Assembly: GCA_030704615.1 (NCBI GenBank)
Contig: CM060732.1
Span: 28,396,001 to 28,460,000, forward strand
DNA length: 64,000 nucleotides
Direction: 5' to 3'
Origin: Takakia lepidozioides
Lineage: Eukaryota > Plantae > Bryophyta
This document shows, piece after piece, positions 61,901 to 64,000 of this stretch. Position 1 is the first letter of the stretch. Every line of letters starts with the position of its first letter. Under the pieces are notes generated by a model that searched no databases, had not been told where the DNA came from, and worked only from the letters and a program-made list of their open reading frames with translations. A program made the translations under genes and the position numbers.

Positions 61901-64000
61901 TCATTTGCATTTGGTATAACTGTTGTTTATGTGCTTCATGCAACTGGTCCTGCTCGAGGCCTGCTTCAATCAATTGTCCCTTGGCCAACTGCAAAGCAGC
62001 CTTTGTGTCCTCCAACTCCTGCTGTAACTTGAGATTGACCTCCTCATCTACCTTGTTAGCACATTCCATGGCAATTTGAGCCTCAAACTCTTTCCTGAGT
62101 TCTTCCCTCAAAGCTGCCAATTGGGTAGATGGAACATGGGATTTCATATAAGTGCCCAACAAATTAAGTGTCCTGCTTATCGAACTCATAAGCATGGTCT
62201 GTTGAGGGTCATCATGGTGAACTTGTTGCTGTTCTCCTTGATCCTCCATAGTGTGATGCCTCACCAACCATTCAGGCCATTGTCCCACCAAATTCTCTTC
62301 CTAAACCACCTCATCCTCCACCGGTGTTGCAGTGTCCTTATTTTCTACCCCTGATACCTCTGTCACAGGTGTGGGTATTACATGCACAGCAGGGTTTTCC
62401 CTAGACAAGTGCTGCACCTCAGGAACAACTGATTCCCTTACCAAGCCAGAGTTTTCATAGAGAAGGTTACCATTCTCAATTTCGGCCACGACCTGCTCTG
62501 TAGTGGGAATGTCCAAGCCTTCTCCGTCCAGAGCAATTGGGGGTTGTGTCACAACATACTCTAACTGTGGAACCTCTAAAACAACTGAGTCAACTGGTTG
62601 TGGTGGCTGTGGTATCAAAGTGACTTCCTCTTTCCTCTCCGAGGGCCGTGCTTCCAATAATAACAGCTCTTTGTGCTGCTGTGCCCAATCCTACATAAGA
62701 GCTTGGGAAACATTATCTTGCGGTTTTCGTGAAGCCAGTGGATCGGCCACTATAGTCATACCCCGCTTTTGTCTCTTAGACTGGTGTTGCCCTGCCAGTC
62801 CACCCTCACTATGTGAAGAGCCCTGCTCTTCAATTGCAGTGATTTCTGCCTCAAACACTCCCATCTCTTTACGTTCCCGAGTATCAAGTATGCAAGAATC
62901 AAGAATGATTTGGGCAATGACTGGACCAGACACAATGATCGGAGACTTAGCAGCAGTGCCATGTAACCTTTTCATCTCATCCACCAGAGCATTGTACATT
63001 AACTCCGCCCAAGCTACATCCTCTCCCCTCAAAGCTTTCAGGATCTCCTCTGTGAATGACCTGCTCAAATACTGTTGGTTCTGTTTCATGGCAAACAGAA
63101 CGTTCAATATTTGGCCAACTTCTCTGAGCCCTGGGTACTCGGCTTTGGTACAAGCGTAACCTTGAGTTTTAAAGAAACTCCCTTCTTGGAACAAATTCCC
63201 TATCTGCAATCTTGCCATGTGTTCATCCACATCCACATGACCTGATGGCAAATCGAACAATTGCTGTAGGTACTGGGGAGTAATTTCTATATCTACTCCC
63301 CTCACCGGAGTAACTCCAGTCCGAGGCTCAAAGTTCTGAAGGAATTGAATCATATATTGCCGATGATGCAAGGACCAGTTCTTGCGTAGCAGCCCCTCCA
63401 ATCGCAACTTCCTTAGCAGCTGCACTGCCTGCGGTGCTGCAATTGTTTGCTTCTGCAGTATCGTGGTGCTCTTCACCCTGATATCCTCCATTCCCCTCAC
63501 TCTCTTCATTCTAGACAAACAAAAAGGCTTTGTTTGAAACAGCTGAAGGAAAGATTGCAGGGCACAGAGCATGAAGGTATGGTTGGCACAGAATGAAACA
63601 GGTAAGTGTGTGTAAGCCTGTGGGGCTTGCAAGTATCGAGTGAGAGAAAATGTACTCTCAACTCGTCCGTCGTTGCGCCACTGTGTGAAAAGTAAAGCAA
63701 GTGTGTAATCCGTTACATCCGCCATAGCTACAAAGCTAGTGCTTTGATTGCCCCTCCCATCGAGACCTTGGCTATTCAGAGCCACCCCGACTCTTCTGCT
63801 CATAAACTTTCCTATTTCTTGTTCTTGTTTCTTGGAGGGAACCACCTGCATGTAATTCGCACTCCTGATTGGCTGTGGACTGCTTAAGTAATTTCTTAAT
63901 TCCACCCCCCTCCATGGACATTCCCACCTGGAATGTCCAGTAGGACAGCACATGTGGCATAGGTTCCCCTTTTCTGTACTCGGAAAGGGTTCCGTTACCC
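58988..64000 (-). mobile_element. Second, diverged member of the same Gypsy family: 3' LTR (58988-59906), PPT and broken accessory ORF (63725-59945); continues beyond the window
   Basis: The LTR is homologous to 36278-37261. The minus strand reads PPT GAGAGGGGGAGGGGGTAA then TGTTAAAGGG (normal orientation). ORF fragments align with 44926-48693. Confidence 0.9.

Overview
Eukaryotic, intron-containing land-plant nuclear DNA. A non-seed plant such as a bryophyte is my inference from the PLS-PPR and TE types. The left half (1-28.8 kb) holds four housekeeping genes: a UBLCP1-like phosphatase (+), tubulin-folding cofactor C (-), a microtubule-associated AIR9 homologue whose whole ~5.85-kb CDS is one exon (-), and calnexin (-). 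Between them lie captured or decayed fragments of U6 snRNA, PPR, IQD, RPS13 and a Gypsy RNase H. The right half is a nested TE stack. An L1-type LINE is split by a chromovirus-like Ty3/Gypsy fused to a MULE-type transposase piece, and again by a 13.56-kb non-chromovirus Ty3/Gypsy element (36278-49841, 5-bp TSD GGGCT). A CACTA end, a PPR pseudogene and the 3' part of a second, related Gypsy follow. The most striking feature is that the 13.56-kb element has its two ~1-kb LTRs in INVERTED orientation, so both termini are U3 ends, yet it has a clean TSD, while the sister copy has a normal PPT-LTR junction. The family also carries a ~1250-aa coiled-coil accessory ORF conserved with synonymous changes between the two copies, CACAG-rich tandem arrays in the LTR and just upstream of that ORF, and an extra pre-gag ORF with an F-box-like motif. 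All splice models and coordinates were read by eye.
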